Source of the DNA: Tortispora ganteri
Taxonomy: Eukaryota
DNA length: 48,690 nucleotides
Reading direction: 5' to 3'
Assembly (NCBI GenBank): GCA_003707115.1
Contig: PPNB01000007.1
Location: 310,001-358,690 of the forward strand
Under the pieces are notes generated by a model. That model saw only the letters and a program-made list of their open reading frames with translations. It searched no databases and had not been told where the DNA came from. The position numbers and the translations under genes were made by a program. Positions 10,501 to 22,174 of this stretch are shown here, piece by piece. How positions within the stretch are numbered: the first letter of the stretch is position 1; the number at the start of each line of letters is the position of its first letter.

Positions 10501-11112
10501 ATGCCGGTGACCGCGCTTGTGCACTTCGACCAGGCCGACCGGATCCTGTTCAGTACTTTGTTCTCGAAATTACATGGTCGATCGCCTGTGAACACGTTCA
10601 AGGACGACTTCGAGTACCGCGCATATCGTGCGCCTGGAAGTAACTCTGAGGGCGCACCGCTAGCGATACTGTCATTTCGCAGCGACCCTGTCCGAGTCTA
10701 CTTAACCGCTGAGGGGTTCTGCACATCTCTTGATGACACATTTACGCAGATTCTACAACACTATATTGGACCTCAATTAACGCTGCGGTCGACACTAAAG
10801 GCCGAGGGCACGACATTCGAGTTTGATGATTTGACAATCACGCTACTTTCTGTCTCGCAACGGACTATGTTCCGTTGTCTCGTATGCGCAGTGTCCTGCC
10901 CGGATACAGAATACACAGATATTGGCAGTGTGAGTAACATACAGGCCCGTATAGCGATGGAATGTTCTACTATATTTGGCGAGCACCCGCATATCATTGA
11001 CCCGATAGTTTCTACGAATCCAGAACTGCCGTATCCGTGGCCAGAAAGCCATGTGCTTGTCGAATTGGCACAGAGATACGCTGATATCCTACACAAGGCG
11101 AACCAGAAGTAG
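10501..11112 (+). CDS. MED20: Mediator head subunit Med20 (Srb2)-like
   Basis: 203 aa. The MPVTAL-type N-terminus and LTLRSTLKAEGTTFEFDDLTITL resemble fungal Med20. Confidence 0.6.
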   Translation: MPVTALVHFDQADRILFSTLFSKLHGRSPVNTFKDDFEYRAYRAPGSNSEGAPLAILSFRSDPVRVYLTAEGFCTSLDDTFTQILQHYIGPQLTLRSTLKAEGTTFEFDDLTITLLSVSQRTMFRCLVCAVSCPDTEYTDIGSVSNIQARIAMECSTIFGEHPHIIDPIVSTNPELPYPWPESHVLVELAQRYADILHKANQK

Positions 11113-11235
11113 AACATAGCTTACGACGTTAATGATACTAGAAAATAAAGAATCGTATTAGATATATGTTAGCACGTGAATCGTGGTGTATGAGGATATC
11201 AGGATTATCAGTACGGACTGTAGAGCAGACTGTCC

Positions 11236-12681
11236 CTATAAGAGAAAGCTGATTATAAAAGAAAGAACTGAGCCCACAGAGAGCGCGGTGCAGATCACCA
11301 AGCCAATAAGGGATCCGGACACTTCTCGTTCCTGGCCTTGAACTTTCTTTGTAGTGGAGATAATGCAGCTGCTGGACATATGGCCATTAGTCAAGCCATA
11401 TAAGAAATGTGTTGTCATGTATATTAAATCGCTTCCAAGCCAATGAGCGCCCTTACCGTCGATGTTTCCTCCAACAAGAAAGATTACAAAGAGTGGACGG
11501 AACACAGTGTAAGCAACTAGCAAAGCTTCGTTATTTATTGTAATGAAATCATAGGCACATATAACCCGTCCAAGGAAATCGCCGAAATTCCATACAAAAA
11601 TAGCAAAAGGAATGAAAACGTCGTCTCTGAAAGGCGGATTGCTTACGCTAAATGTGCGAGCAGCAATTGGAGGGTATATTAAGGCGAGAACGAAACATAA
11701 AAACAGACAGGACATAAGTGTTGGTATCTTTTTAGCAACAGTGCCGATGTGGATGTGTCTTCGTTTCGGTGATTCAGAGTCTGAGCCGTCATCGAGCGGC
11801 ATAGGAACTCCGGAAAAGCCGTTGTCGTTTTCAATTCCATCCAGGATAAAACGTTTGCGTTTCAAGAGACTGCCGAGTGTACCGAGATTGACCAGACCGG
11901 CAACGATAGCGGAAACAAAGAAAACAATGTAGATTGTACTTGATGCGTTGACTTGGAAGTGAAACTGATCGATATTGGCAGTTTCATGTTTGCCGGTGGT
12001 GTTTCGTAGGCCAAGATGAATGAAAGGAAGAACTTGGACCAATGGAGGAAGGACGCCAGCGATACCTTGGCCCACCATCGTTCCCTGTGAAGATCTAGCG
12101 CCAAAGAGGGCCGCGAGGGCCATGGTGCCGTTTTGAGCGAACGAGTTACCGAATGCAGAGAGGAAAGTGACGGAAATTAAAAAGATGAAATAAGCGACTG
12201 GGGCCTGGTGGATCGGCCAGAGGAGGACAGAGAGTGCGAGAAGTGAGAAGACAGTAAGATTGAGATAGATAGATATGCGGATACGACGACCGTAGTTAGC
12301 GCCGTCGGTGTATTTAAGAAAGACAAACTGCATGATAGTCTGCACGACTGTGAGTATGCTCATTACAGTTGAAGTATGAGCACGATGCAACGCTGGAACA
12401 TCTTGAAACCGTTGGTTAAAGTAAGCAGAGGCGGATAGGAAAGTGTTGAAAGGCCAGAGCATTGCGAGGCCGAGTATAATGAAGGCGATATAGTCTTCAG
12501 TCGATATCTCATCGAAGTCGACAACTTCAGAATCTATATCGCTAGGAACATCAGCAAGTTCAAGACGCCATGTTCCGGAAGGATCACCATCGATACTGAC
12601 ATAGGATTGGGCTCGCTGGTGAGCATTGTTGCCTAGAATAGGCATTGTTTCCGATGTGAAGCGGGCGATTGGCGCGCCCAT
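11236..12681 (-). CDS. FUN26: Equilibrative nucleoside transporter (ENT/SLC29)
   Basis: GLAMLWPFNTFLSA, GQGIAGV, WNFGDFLGR and YGLTNGH; about 11 hydrophobic segments. First ATG at 12681. Confidence 0.85.
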   Translation of the reverse strand: MGAPIARFTSETMPILGNNAHQRAQSYVSIDGDPSGTWRLELADVPSDIDSEVVDFDEISTEDYIAFIILGLAMLWPFNTFLSASAYFNQRFQDVPALHRAHTSTVMSILTVVQTIMQFVFLKYTDGANYGRRIRISIYLNLTVFSLLALSVLLWPIHQAPVAYFIFLISVTFLSAFGNSFAQNGTMALAALFGARSSQGTMVGQGIAGVLPPLVQVLPFIHLGLRNTTGKHETANIDQFHFQVNASSTIYIVFFVSAIVAGLVNLGTLGSLLKRKRFILDGIENDNGFSGVPMPLDDGSDSESPKRRHIHIGTVAKKIPTLMSCLFLCFVLALIYPPIAARTFSVSNPPFRDDVFIPFAIFVWNFGDFLGRVICAYDFITINNEALLVAYTVFRPLFVIFLVGGNIDGKGAHWLGSDLIYMTTHFLYGLTNGHMSSSCIISTTKKVQGQEREVSGSLIGLVICTALSVGSVLSFIISFLL

Positions 12682-13942
12682 TTTCTGAGAGATAAGAAGA
12701 AGGTGCAAAAAGAAGACGGAAAGTCAGGCGCAGAGATAGTCTATAAGCGCACGAATGACGGGAAGAAAAAAGCCCGGTTGATGAGATTAGAAGTGATACA
12801 ATTGCAAAGGGTAGGCGGCTTGTACACTGGCGTATATATATAATAGTGTTAAAGTCAAGAATAGATGGGTGCAATTCCCAATAAGGTTGAGAGTAAATAA
12901 AACCTTGTGTGATTGCGGAAGCGAAGAGATGCCGTAAACTTAGGGTAAATAGGTGTAATTGGGCCTATAAATGACGAGATATGCGAGATCTGTAGTGGAT
13001 AGTGCTAGCAAAAGCAGAAATAGTGTCAATAAGCAGCTAGAGTGATGGGCCCGATCACAATGAGTGGTTATTATCAGCACAGGTAAGGGGGTGCAAGAAA
13101 TAGTTGGGACTTTTGGTTATGACGATAAGGAGAAGAAATGTAGACGGGCACAGGGAACTCTAAGTGGACAATACAGCCAATGAGAGAGCTTAAATTATCG
13201 GGATAAGCGAACAGTGGGATCGATAGAATGTCCTTTTAAAAAAGTAGCAGAATCGCAGTCAGAATAAATAAACGCAAACAGGTTTATTTATATTTTTATA
13301 TATATATTTAGCGAAACTCACGCCTTTGTTATAACAGACTTTGGAAGTGTTCTATGACGTGAACCGACCGCTGAGATGCAGGCGGGTACACGTCATATCT
13401 TACTTGTTTAGAGACGCCCTAGATTAAGATTAGTATAATTTCTTTTCTTCTATTAGTCCTCTTCGGGGCCCGCGGTGATGGAACAAAATAGGCTAAAAGG
13501 CAAAACAATCCGCAATTAATAGAACGTTCGCCGAAGGGCAACGTTAGTTACTTGCTGTCATGCCAATTTCGGCGTGGTCCCATGTTAACAATTAAACCTT
13601 AAATACAATAAAGTTTTATTCATTTTTATTACGATGACGTTTGAACCGATTTTATCACCTTATGCGGCAATCGATAAACACAATGAAACGAAATTTCTCG
13701 GTCTTCTCCGACATTATTGCTTACTTATGTACATTTACGGTATAATAATTAGTTTCACTGTTCACTGATATCGCAGATCAGTTTGTTTTGTGGCCAAAAA
13801 TGGACGCCTTTCATTGATATATTTTTCTCGAATGTCAGTTTTTCCGCCGGTCCCTCTATAGTTGATCTATGCGACCGCATATACATTCCAACAAGATAGC
13901 TAGCATCTACATCCGACAAATTTGTAGCGACCTCGCGGTGTA

Positions 13943-14851
13943 ATGGCCGTCGAGTCATTCCTGGCGCCGGTCATGCTGCCGCTGGTGGTCCTGAAAGCAG
14001 TGTATATTAGGCTTAAGGCGTCTGCTACCCCAGGGCTGCCGCTCTTAACCGCAGCCGGAACCAAACTTGCACCCTCACCTGATTGGTCTTGTCTTTCTGT
14101 GAAACGGACTGGTCTTCTATTTGCGTCCTACAATGTCTTTGCATGTACACCAACGCAGTCACAGTCGCAGCTACCAGTAGCGCTGCCACAGCATATAGAC
14201 CATCCAGTCGTCGCAACGAATGCACTTATTAATCGTAGGTTCGCCACGCAAGATTACAGGCCGGTCGCGTTGTCTTCGGCCGAGCTCAGCAAGGTACCCG
14301 ACTATGCGATCAGACGCAGCAGACTGTTCCGCTCGCAGTATAAAGTGTATAAGCGCACGTACATATCAGATCTCACCCGAGACCGTTCTCAAACGTCGCT
14401 GGCGCTCAACAGACTCGTCGCTCGCGTCTCGGCCGGCATAAATGCCAACGTAGGCACTTGTATCCCTGCAAACGATAGCCTAGACTTCCCTGACCACGTG
14501 TTTACGTTCCAGATACGGCCTTATTATGAATCAAATGGTGTCGCGCGACGTTTTGTGGTCTGTGGCGTCACGTACCAATGGTCCAAAGAATTCCGGCTCG
14601 AAAAGTTCACTAACATTACAAGAATACATATCGCGACTGTAGTCAACTGCTCGAAATCTGGGTTCGATGTTTATTACGATCCAAATCATATTGAACAGCT
14701 GGATGTCTTAACTACTGCTCTCGTCTCATTCATAGATCATTGGAATTCTCCTTTTGGAATCGGCGGGGTCTACTTGTCCATACCCCGATTTCTCAATTAT
14801 GCGCCGAAAACTTCGCGCTCAGAGCCAACAATTCAAGTTATAAATACCTGA
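13943..14851 (+). CDS. Hypothetical protein (302 aa)
   Basis: ATG-initiated ORF filling an otherwise empty slot, ending 40 bp from the ILV3 stop. Hydrophobic N-terminus; no recognised family. Confidence 0.7.
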   Translation: MAVESFLAPVMLPLVVLKAVYIRLKASATPGLPLLTAAGTKLAPSPDWSCLSVKRTGLLFASYNVFACTPTQSQSQLPVALPQHIDHPVVATNALINRRFATQDYRPVALSSAELSKVPDYAIRRSRLFRSQYKVYKRTYISDLTRDRSQTSLALNRLVARVSAGINANVGTCIPANDSLDFPDHVFTFQIRPYYESNGVARRFVVCGVTYQWSKEFRLEKFTNITRIHIATVVNCSKSGFDVYYDPNHIEQLDVLTTALVSFIDHWNSPFGIGGVYLSIPRFLNYAPKTSRSEPTIQVINT

Positions 14852-14891
14852 ATAATAATTATTAGTGTATATATAGATAAACATGTGACCA

Positions 14892-16676
14892 TTAAGCGTC
14901 GGTGACACAGCCACTTGAGGCATCTGACACAAGTTTAGCGTACTTATAAAGCGTTCCCTGCGTCACCTGCAAAGGGCGCGGCGTGAACTTCGCTTTGCGA
15001 CGTTCTATCTCGGCCTCATCTACCAACAGATCAATGCGACGTTTTTCAGCATCAATTACAATCTCATCACCGTTCTCGACAAGCCCAATAGGGCCGCCGT
15101 TTTGCGCCTCGGGTACAATGTGTCCAATCAAGAACCCATGAGACCCGCCAGAGAAGCGGCCATCAGTGAGAAGCGCAACGTCTTTGCCTAGACCCGCGCC
15201 CATAATCGCAGCAGAAGGTTTAAGCATCTCCAGCATTCCAGGGCCGCCGCGCGGTCCTTCATAGCGAATAACTACAACAGTCTTCTCTCCGTGCTTGATC
15301 TCATTGCGCTCAAGTGCGTGGATGAAATCGTCCTCGCCCTCATACACCTTAGCCTTGCCCTGGAACCGCAGTCCTTCCTTACCCGTGATCTTTCCGACAG
15401 ATCCGCCAGGCGCCAGAGATCCATACAGGATCTGCAAATGTCCAGTGGGTTTTATCGGATTAGAGAGCGGTTGGATAATCTGTTGGTCGGTTTCAAACAG
15501 GTCCGGGTACGACTCGACATTCTCGGCAAGCGTCTTGCCTGAGACGGTTAACGTAGAACCGTCAATTATGCCCTCCTTAATAAGGAATTTGTGCACTGCA
15601 GGCGTACCGCCGTACTTGAGCAGGTCAGCCATCACGTACTTGCCAGAGGGTTTAAAGTCGGCAAGCATCGGTGTGGTATCTGAGACAGCCTGCCAGTCGT
15701 CTGGGGTCAGCTTAATGCCGACGGAGGCAGCAACAGCAATGAGATGAAGAACAGCATTTGTGGAGCCACCAGTAATCATTACATATTTCATAGCGTTTGT
15801 GAAAGCAGTTCTGGTCATGATGTCTCTGGGACGGATGTCGTTTTCTAGTAGGATCTTCATGTACTTTGCGGTGTCTTTGCACTCCTGCATCTTCTCGGGC
15901 GAGTCCGCCGGGAAAGAAGACGAGCCGGTGATGGTCATACCTAGTGTTTCGGCTACAGATGCCATTGTGTTGGCGGTGTACATGCCACCGCAAGCGCCCG
16001 GACCAGGACATGCGTGCCTGACCACATCGAACCGCTGCTCCTCTGTCATCTTATTGGCAATAAACTCGCCATAAGCCTGGAAAGTCGAGACAATGTCAAT
16101 CTCTTTGCCGGGCTTGCCACCATCTGGACCAGCGCACGTAGTGTGACCAGGTTTAATTGTGCCGCCATAAACCATTAAACTTGGTCTATTGACGCGGCCC
16201 ATAGCTATAAGGGTGCCAGGCATGTTCTTGTCGCAGCCGGGAATAGACACATTACCATCGTAGTGCTGACCACACATGATTGTTTCTATAGAGTCGGCAA
16301 TGAGGTCGCGGCTTTGGAGAGAGTATCGCATGCCTGACGTGCCCATAGAGATGGCATCCGAGACGCCGATCGTATTAAATTGCATAGCCTTAAGGCCGCT
16401 GTCGTTTAGAGCCTTGCTGACGGCAAAATTGATGTCGAGCAAGTGCATATTACACGGGTTTCCCGAAAACCACACTGATCCGACGCCAATTTGCGGTTTG
16501 TTCATGTCTTCTTCGGTGAAACCTGTGCCGTAAAGCATCGCTTGACCTGCACCCTGCGATCTGTCCTGCGTGATCTGCGAGGAGACCGGGTTCAGCTTCT
16601 TCTGCGAATATGTGCGCAATCCGTTTACACACGCCTCTGCGCGATTTAACGGTAGCGATGACTTCGTCCACTTCAT
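14892..16676 (-). CDS. ILV3: Mitochondrial dihydroxy-acid dehydratase
   Basis: [33 protein letters not shown] and [13 protein letters not shown]-terminal presequence. Confidence 0.97.
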   Translation of the reverse strand: MKWTKSSLPLNRAEACVNGLRTYSQKKLNPVSSQITQDRSQGAGQAMLYGTGFTEEDMNKPQIGVGSVWFSGNPCNMHLLDINFAVSKALNDSGLKAMQFNTIGVSDAISMGTSGMRYSLQSRDLIADSIETIMCGQHYDGNVSIPGCDKNMPGTLIAMGRVNRPSLMVYGGTIKPGHTTCAGPDGGKPGKEIDIVSTFQAYGEFIANKMTEEQRFDVVRHACPGPGACGGMYTANTMASVAETLGMTITGSSSFPADSPEKMQECKDTAKYMKILLENDIRPRDIMTRTAFTNAMKYVMITGGSTNAVLHLIAVAASVGIKLTPDDWQAVSDTTPMLADFKPSGKYVMADLLKYGGTPAVHKFLIKEGIIDGSTLTVSGKTLAENVESYPDLFETDQQIIQPLSNPIKPTGHLQILYGSLAPGGSVGKITGKEGLRFQGKAKVYEGEDDFIHALERNEIKHGEKTVVVIRYEGPRGGPGMLEMLKPSAAIMGAGLGKDVALLTDGRFSGGSHGFLIGHIVPEAQNGGPIGLVENGDEIVIDAEKRRIDLLVDEAEIERRKAKFTPRPLQVTQGTLYKYAKLVSDASSGCVTDA

Positions 16677-16877
16677 CTCGTTAGTTTGTGCAATCTAAGT
16701 GTTGCGTGAGTAAATCAAATCTGGCGGGTGCACTCCTTCCACCGCGAAAATTTAATAGAATTAGAGCTCCCTCATTGGTCACTCGGCTGTCGGGAAACCT
16801 TAACTCCTCCAAAGCTACGCTCCGGCAGTGAATAATGCTATTAATAATGATGACTAGCGCTCATACCAGTCAATTGA

Positions 16878-18956
16878 TCAGGCTGGTACTGATGATTGAA
16901 GAATTTGCAGGTCGTATTTGAGGTGGTTGATTCTTGCCGACAAAGACTTCAGCGCGGCATCGATCTCTTGCGCCGATGTAAAGTTTATTCCTCGAATAGA
17001 CGAGGTGTTGCATACTTTCTCGGCACTGCGCGCCTTCATGCTCTCTAGCAAGTGAATTGAGCCTTTGATCTTGTCCGATTTTGCTTTCAGGTCCGATACT
17101 AGACTCGATGCAGACCGTACCTCCTTACAGAATTCCTTGTCCGCCGAAGAGAGCCCATGCTTTCTGGAAACATTATAGTCCACGTCCCTCAAGTTCTCTA
17201 TGAGACGGTCAATCCTTCCCGAGATCTGCACAGACCGCGCACTGAACTGTTCGTAAACCTCTTGCAATTTATCTTCAGACAAAATCTTTTGGCGAATTTC
17301 CTTTGCTTCTGTAATTTTGCCCAGCTGTCGTTCCATTTCCTCCAGCTGTACAGTTATGTGGTTCCGAAGGTCATTCACCAGTCCTAGGAACGGTTGCAGA
17401 TATTGCGACGTTAGCTTGTCGGCAATCGCTATCAAAAGAGCCGTCGAAAATTCAGAGGCAGTGATCTGCTGTGTATATAAATGCCTTCTTTCTGGTGCAA
17501 GTCCAGCAACAATATCTCTCACCGCGGCCTGTACGCACGTCGGATCCACCTGTTCCATCACTTTTACGTAGTCCTGGCGAGTATCGAACGGTGCAGAGAT
17601 CGAGCAGTTGTATGTCGGTTTCTGCGCCGGAACCGCCACTTTCTCATCTATTGAGAAATCAAGTGGGAGCAGTGGTGGTGGCGGTAGCGGTGACGAAATG
17701 TGTTCTACTTCACCCGGATCGCGAAACACGCAGCCATCCAGTGAGTATAGAAGGTATGGTTGGATTGCATTGTCCAGGTATATTTTGTCAAATCCAGCGA
17801 TTTTATCAGTGGATATTGTAACTGTGGGGATATGATTTAGTTGAGGCAATTCAAATTCGACAATGTGAGTATTTTCGAGGTCAGAGTTATGCACGTCGGA
17901 TTCCGGAGTAGTCAGTCTTGTCAGAAGGGAAGAGGTCCAGGTTCTGATGTCGAGAGCGTATATCCGAAACTCGGTAGTGACTGCGTATATTATACGAGAT
18001 GTGTCTGAGAAGTAGAGGGCATGTAGATCGGGTATCGAAGTAAACTCGAGAAGACCTAGAGTATGGTGCGGCGACGCGTGATTGATCGACATGGTGGCGG
18101 CCACGGGGTCTGAGTCGATCACAAAGACGACCCCAGAGTCGTACTGAAGACATATTAATGGCATGATAATTGCAGTCATATGGTCATTAGCAGGTAAAAC
18201 ATGTATTTTTAACAGTTGACTGTTGTATAAAATCTCCGGGTATGGCGACAAATAGAATGGGCCAAACAGAGAAGGACGGATCAGCGGTGACAGTTCAATA
18301 ATAGAGGAGTGGGATGCTCTGAGTGCACGGGACAATGAGGACAACCAAGAGAGGTTCTTGAAAGAGTTTTCGTCTGGTGTTTCAGCTTGAGCGGCTGTAT
18401 CGACGAGTTCGCGAAATGCAGAGTCGACGACAGCTGGGGAAGGGCGGATCTGGGTAGGCAACAACGGACCGAATGTGTAGATATCACTGTTGTTATCGGA
18501 TAAGTATATGGAAAAACCGGATGCGGCAAAGTCAAATGACAGGGCTTTGCGATCAGAGTCCAAGCTAAACTTGTTGGTTTTTTTGCGCGGGAACAGCGTG
18601 TAGATGGTGGCAGATGGAATGGATATAGATGTAGAGCGTGTAGGGGAAGGAGCCTCTACGAGGGCTATATCTACACCGTCAATCAACACAGTGAGTGTTG
18701 GATTCGCAGCTATTGGATGCCATTTAATCTGCTGGATAGTTTCTGTGGTTTGTGGCAAGATCAGTGGGCACAGGACGGGCGGCTTTTGTTTAGAAGGGTT
18801 GACGAAAATAACAGAAGCGTGTGAGGAGTCATACACAAGGATATGATGGGTATGAGGCAATATTTGAGCAGGTAAAAAGGGCAATTCTAGTTTACCAGAT
18901 GCATGCAGTATCTGAGAATCGACGATTTCCAGATCCGGAAAACCAGGGACTTGCAT
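16878..18956 (-). CDS. NUP82: Nucleoporin Nup82/Nup88-like
   Basis: Beta-propeller-type motifs IKWHPIA and SDIYTFGPLLP, followed by a C-terminal coiled coil; divergent. Confidence 0.65.
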   Translation of the reverse strand: MQVPGFPDLEIVDSQILHASGKLELPFLPAQILPHTHHILVYDSSHASVIFVNPSKQKPPVLCPLILPQTTETIQQIKWHPIAANPTLTVLIDGVDIALVEAPSPTRSTSISIPSATIYTLFPRKKTNKFSLDSDRKALSFDFAASGFSIYLSDNNSDIYTFGPLLPTQIRPSPAVVDSAFRELVDTAAQAETPDENSFKNLSWLSSLSRALRASHSSIIELSPLIRPSLFGPFYLSPYPEILYNSQLLKIHVLPANDHMTAIIMPLICLQYDSGVVFVIDSDPVAATMSINHASPHHTLGLLEFTSIPDLHALYFSDTSRIIYAVTTEFRIYALDIRTWTSSLLTRLTTPESDVHNSDLENTHIVEFELPQLNHIPTVTISTDKIAGFDKIYLDNAIQPYLLYSLDGCVFRDPGEVEHISSPLPPPPLLPLDFSIDEKVAVPAQKPTYNCSISAPFDTRQDYVKVMEQVDPTCVQAAVRDIVAGLAPERRHLYTQQITASEFSTALLIAIADKLTSQYLQPFLGLVNDLRNHITVQLEEMERQLGKITEAKEIRQKILSEDKLQEVYEQFSARSVQISGRIDRLIENLRDVDYNVSRKHGLSSADKEFCKEVRSASSLVSDLKAKSDKIKGSIHLLESMKARSAEKVCNTSSIRGINFTSAQEIDAALKSLSARINHLKYDLQILQSSVPA

Positions 18957-19092
18957 TGCAGCTCGCGGTCTGTGTTGGTGGTGAGAAAATGTGAAGCGAG
19001 AAGAGTAGTTAAAGCCGGGTAACTTACTGAAGGAAGTTGATTCGACCCAACCACCAACAGTTCTCTGCCATCACGGACTTTCACATATCAGG

Positions 19093-19587
19093 ATGAGCAG
19101 CATGGAGCCTCCATTGACATCGGTTAAACGGATAGATGGACCTAGCGCTTACATGATACGCAAGAGCAGTCGGCAAGGAGAGTCTGCGTATGTGATTTTG
19201 CAGGATAGTCGGACTTTGTACGTAGGAAACTTGTCATTCTATACGAGCGAAGAGCAGATTGCAGAGCTTTTCAAGGAGGCGGGCGAGATCAAGCGAATCA
19301 TTATGGGGCTGGATCGATTTGAAAAGACCCCATGTGGGTTCTGTTTTGTGGAATATTTTGATCATGAATCAGCACTACGGTGTTTGAAATACATATCAGG
19401 GACAAAACTAGACGAGCGCATTGTGCGGGCGGACTTGGACCCCGGGTTCGAAGAAGGACGACAGTACGGACGTGGTACTACAGGTGGTCAGGTGCGCGAC
19501 GAGTTACGAGTGGACTACGATCCTGGTCGCGGAGGTTACGGTAAACGGCCGACAGATGACCAGGAGTCAAAGAGACGCAAAATATGA
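19093..19587 (+). CDS. CBC2: Nuclear cap-binding complex small subunit CBP20
   Basis: [50 protein letters not shown]. Confidence 0.97.
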   Translation: MSSMEPPLTSVKRIDGPSAYMIRKSSRQGESAYVILQDSRTLYVGNLSFYTSEEQIAELFKEAGEIKRIIMGLDRFEKTPCGFCFVEYFDHESALRCLKYISGTKLDERIVRADLDPGFEEGRQYGRGTTGGQVRDELRVDYDPGRGGYGKRPTDDQESKRRKI

Positions 19588-19709
19588 CAAATCACGATCC
19601 ATATGTATATGTATAGAAATATAGTAACCCTAAAAACAGCAAGTAGTTCTTGAAAATAAACGTATGTAAAGGAATGAAAGCTCTAGAGATAGGTAGCTGA
19701 GCCTTGAAT

Positions 19710-21110
19710 TCATTGTTTAGCGTCAGCAGCCTCGCTTTTCGCGGGCTCCTTCTCCGTGTCGGGCTTAGTGGTGGAACTATCTTTGTTGCTGCTTTCTGCT
19801 TGAGCATTATCCCACTTCGCAGGCGGCACATAGCCGTGAAGTCTGCGCCTTCGTGCATTAATAAACCAGTTAGATATTTGAGACATAGAGAGCCCCGTGC
19901 TCTTCATAAGCATAATCTTCTCTGCTTCTGTCGGGTACGGGTGATGGTAGTGTGCAGTAAGCCAGTCGCGTAAAATAGACGTTACAGCACGTGGCAAGTT
20001 ACCACGGCGCTTCGTCTTTTGGTACCCCGGGTTCGCAGCAGCCCCCGGCACATGTAGTACAAATTCTTTGCTATTTGTGCCGTACATGTTACCCACCTGA
20101 GTTGGCATGTATCGACCAGACATGTCGTAGGCGCCAGGATTCATCATAACAGGGCCATTTAGACCGACCATAGGGCCCGAGGGTATGCCTTGCATCATAT
20201 GAGGCATCGGGTAAGCTGTTTGAGGTGCCATACGGGATGGATCCATACCAGGCGGATAGCTCATAGGCGCAGTCTGGTACATGTGTTGCTGATGCGGAGG
20301 GGGAACACCATACTGCGGTATAATATGAGGAGCAGCATTCGGGTGCATTGCTTGAGGAACCGGGTATTGGCCAATATTTTGGTGCATACCAGGGTGTGCA
20401 TATGTCAGTGGCATACCGGGGAGTGGCTGTTGGTACATGAGGTGAGGAGGCGGGGCCTGTCCAGGTGCAGGTGAAGACTGTGTGGGTACTTGTCTAAATG
20501 TAGGCTGCGACATTTGAGCCTGTTGATGTACTCCTGCCTGAACAGGCGGCTGTCCCTGCTGCGGTGGGTGGCCTTGTACCAGAGCTGGGCCAGCGCCCAT
20601 GCTAATTGATGCGCGCTGAGCAGCGTCTGCAGCAGCAGGAGAAGTCCGAAGAGGCTCGTTGCGAGGTACTTGTGAAGAGACATATTGCGATCCATTATTT
20701 ATAGGAGAAGCTAATGTCCGGTTGGCAATGGAAGGGTCGTTCGGTGCATTTAGGGAATGGGGAGGCGTGGTAGAGTGAGGCGGGGAGGAGTGCTGCTCAG
20801 CAGGCACATTAGTGTAAGGGAAAGAAGAAGCCGATTGGTTAGATGCAGATGATATTGCATGTGCTGATTGCGGTTGTAATTCATTAGCCGTTGGCTGCTG
20901 CTGGTTGTCTCTCTGGATGTGGGTTGAGAAAGAGGATCTTGCAGAAGAAGGCATTGAGCTCGGTAATTGGTTCGGGGAACGCGATCCAGAGAATGAAGAT
21001 GTTTGCGTACCGCTGCTGGTAGGAGGCAAATCGTTTCTAGGCTGTTTTAAGGCCGAAAAATCTGGGAATACTTCGTGCAAAGGAGGTAGTTCACGGTACA
21101 TGACTGACAT
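19710..21110 (-). CDS. TALE-class homeodomain transcription factor (Cup9/Tos8/TGIF-like)
   Basis: KRRGNLP..VTSILRDWL..H..HPYPTEAEK..QISNWFINARRR, with a long S/Q/P/M-rich N-terminus. First ATG at 21110. Confidence 0.9.
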   Translation of the reverse strand: MSVMYRELPPLHEVFPDFSALKQPRNDLPPTSSGTQTSSFSGSRSPNQLPSSMPSSARSSFSTHIQRDNQQQPTANELQPQSAHAISSASNQSASSFPYTNVPAEQHSSPPHSTTPPHSLNAPNDPSIANRTLASPINNGSQYVSSQVPRNEPLRTSPAAADAAQRASISMGAGPALVQGHPPQQGQPPVQAGVHQQAQMSQPTFRQVPTQSSPAPGQAPPPHLMYQQPLPGMPLTYAHPGMHQNIGQYPVPQAMHPNAAPHIIPQYGVPPPHQQHMYQTAPMSYPPGMDPSRMAPQTAYPMPHMMQGIPSGPMVGLNGPVMMNPGAYDMSGRYMPTQVGNMYGTNSKEFVLHVPGAAANPGYQKTKRRGNLPRAVTSILRDWLTAHYHHPYPTEAEKIMLMKSTGLSMSQISNWFINARRRRLHGYVPPAKWDNAQAESSNKDSSTTKPDTEKEPAKSEAADAKQ

Positions 21111-22122
21111 TCTTAACAAGATGATAGACTTAATGCCAGGTCCAGAATGAATTTTAATGATGGAAAACAAAAAGTTTTGCCTTATTTAGACTATCTGTTG
21201 AAAATTAGACTAAGGTTTGCAGGTGTTGCGTTAGATGAATAGCGAAACTGCAGAAAATCTTTCAGCGAATAAATCTTTGCGAAATGCGAAATGCACTATG
21301 TGAAGGGAAAGTCGTTGAAAGAATATAAAGAGGTTGAAATTTTGTCGCTGATGTATAGCGAATTTGCGAGAGAGTCAGTTTGAAACGGTAGGAATAGTTG
21401 GTAGTGTGCGTTTTGACTATTCAGCGCAAAGCAAAGAAATGACCTGAGTGAGGTAAGGCAGGCGGATAGTGAGAAAAGAGGTAGAAGATGGCACAGTCTG
21501 AAAGGTGTGACTGTGTGGCGATATGAATAAAATAGAGGATAAACAAGTGAAACAACTATAGAAATGCTATCGAACTGGTGCAGAGAAATACTTGTTTACG
21601 GGGGCAAAAAAAGCGCCAGCAGTTAAGATAAGGATAGGTGTGTATGAGGTGGAGGCGGGCGATAAAAACCAATTGGCAATAAATTAAATCGAGGCCGTGA
21701 GGAAAGTAGCGAAGAAAGGATATGCGAAATCCGTAAGATAGTTTTGCGAAATCGATCGGAGCAGTTCTTTTTGAAAGGCTGCAGATGTGAAGAGAGAGGA
21801 AGGAGATAGAAAGGGAGCAAAAGGAATTGTTTAATTATGCGATTTTGTATGAGGGTAAGGTACGCCAATCCTGTTTGACAGGTTAGAACCTATCAAATTA
21901 GCTTAATTGTATAAAGTTCAGACCAAAAATGAGGTTAAATTGAGCCATTATGCAGTAAGATTTAAGTTAAGTAAAATAACTAAAAACAGAGTTTGTGTAA
22001 TAGCGTTAAAAAATGACCCATAATAAGCTCGTACAGGATTAATTTATCCTGGTTTACTATGTGAGAAAGTCAATTTGTATGGGAAAATTAGGGTGTGCGA
22101 TACTAGGACTAAGGTGAACCGG

Positions 22123-22174
22123 GTTATAGTTCTATTTTGAGTTATAGTTATAGTTCGAAACTATAGTTATAGTT
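22123..22174. repeat. Five TATAGT units, including a small hairpin tatagtt-cga-aactata
   Basis: TATAGT at 22125, 22143, 22149, 22162 and 22168. Confidence 0.7.

Noticed and set aside
16847..16892. ATGATGA...CTGA as a C/D snoRNA
   Set aside because: It spans only about 45 nt, has no terminal stem or guide, and runs into the NUP82 CDS.
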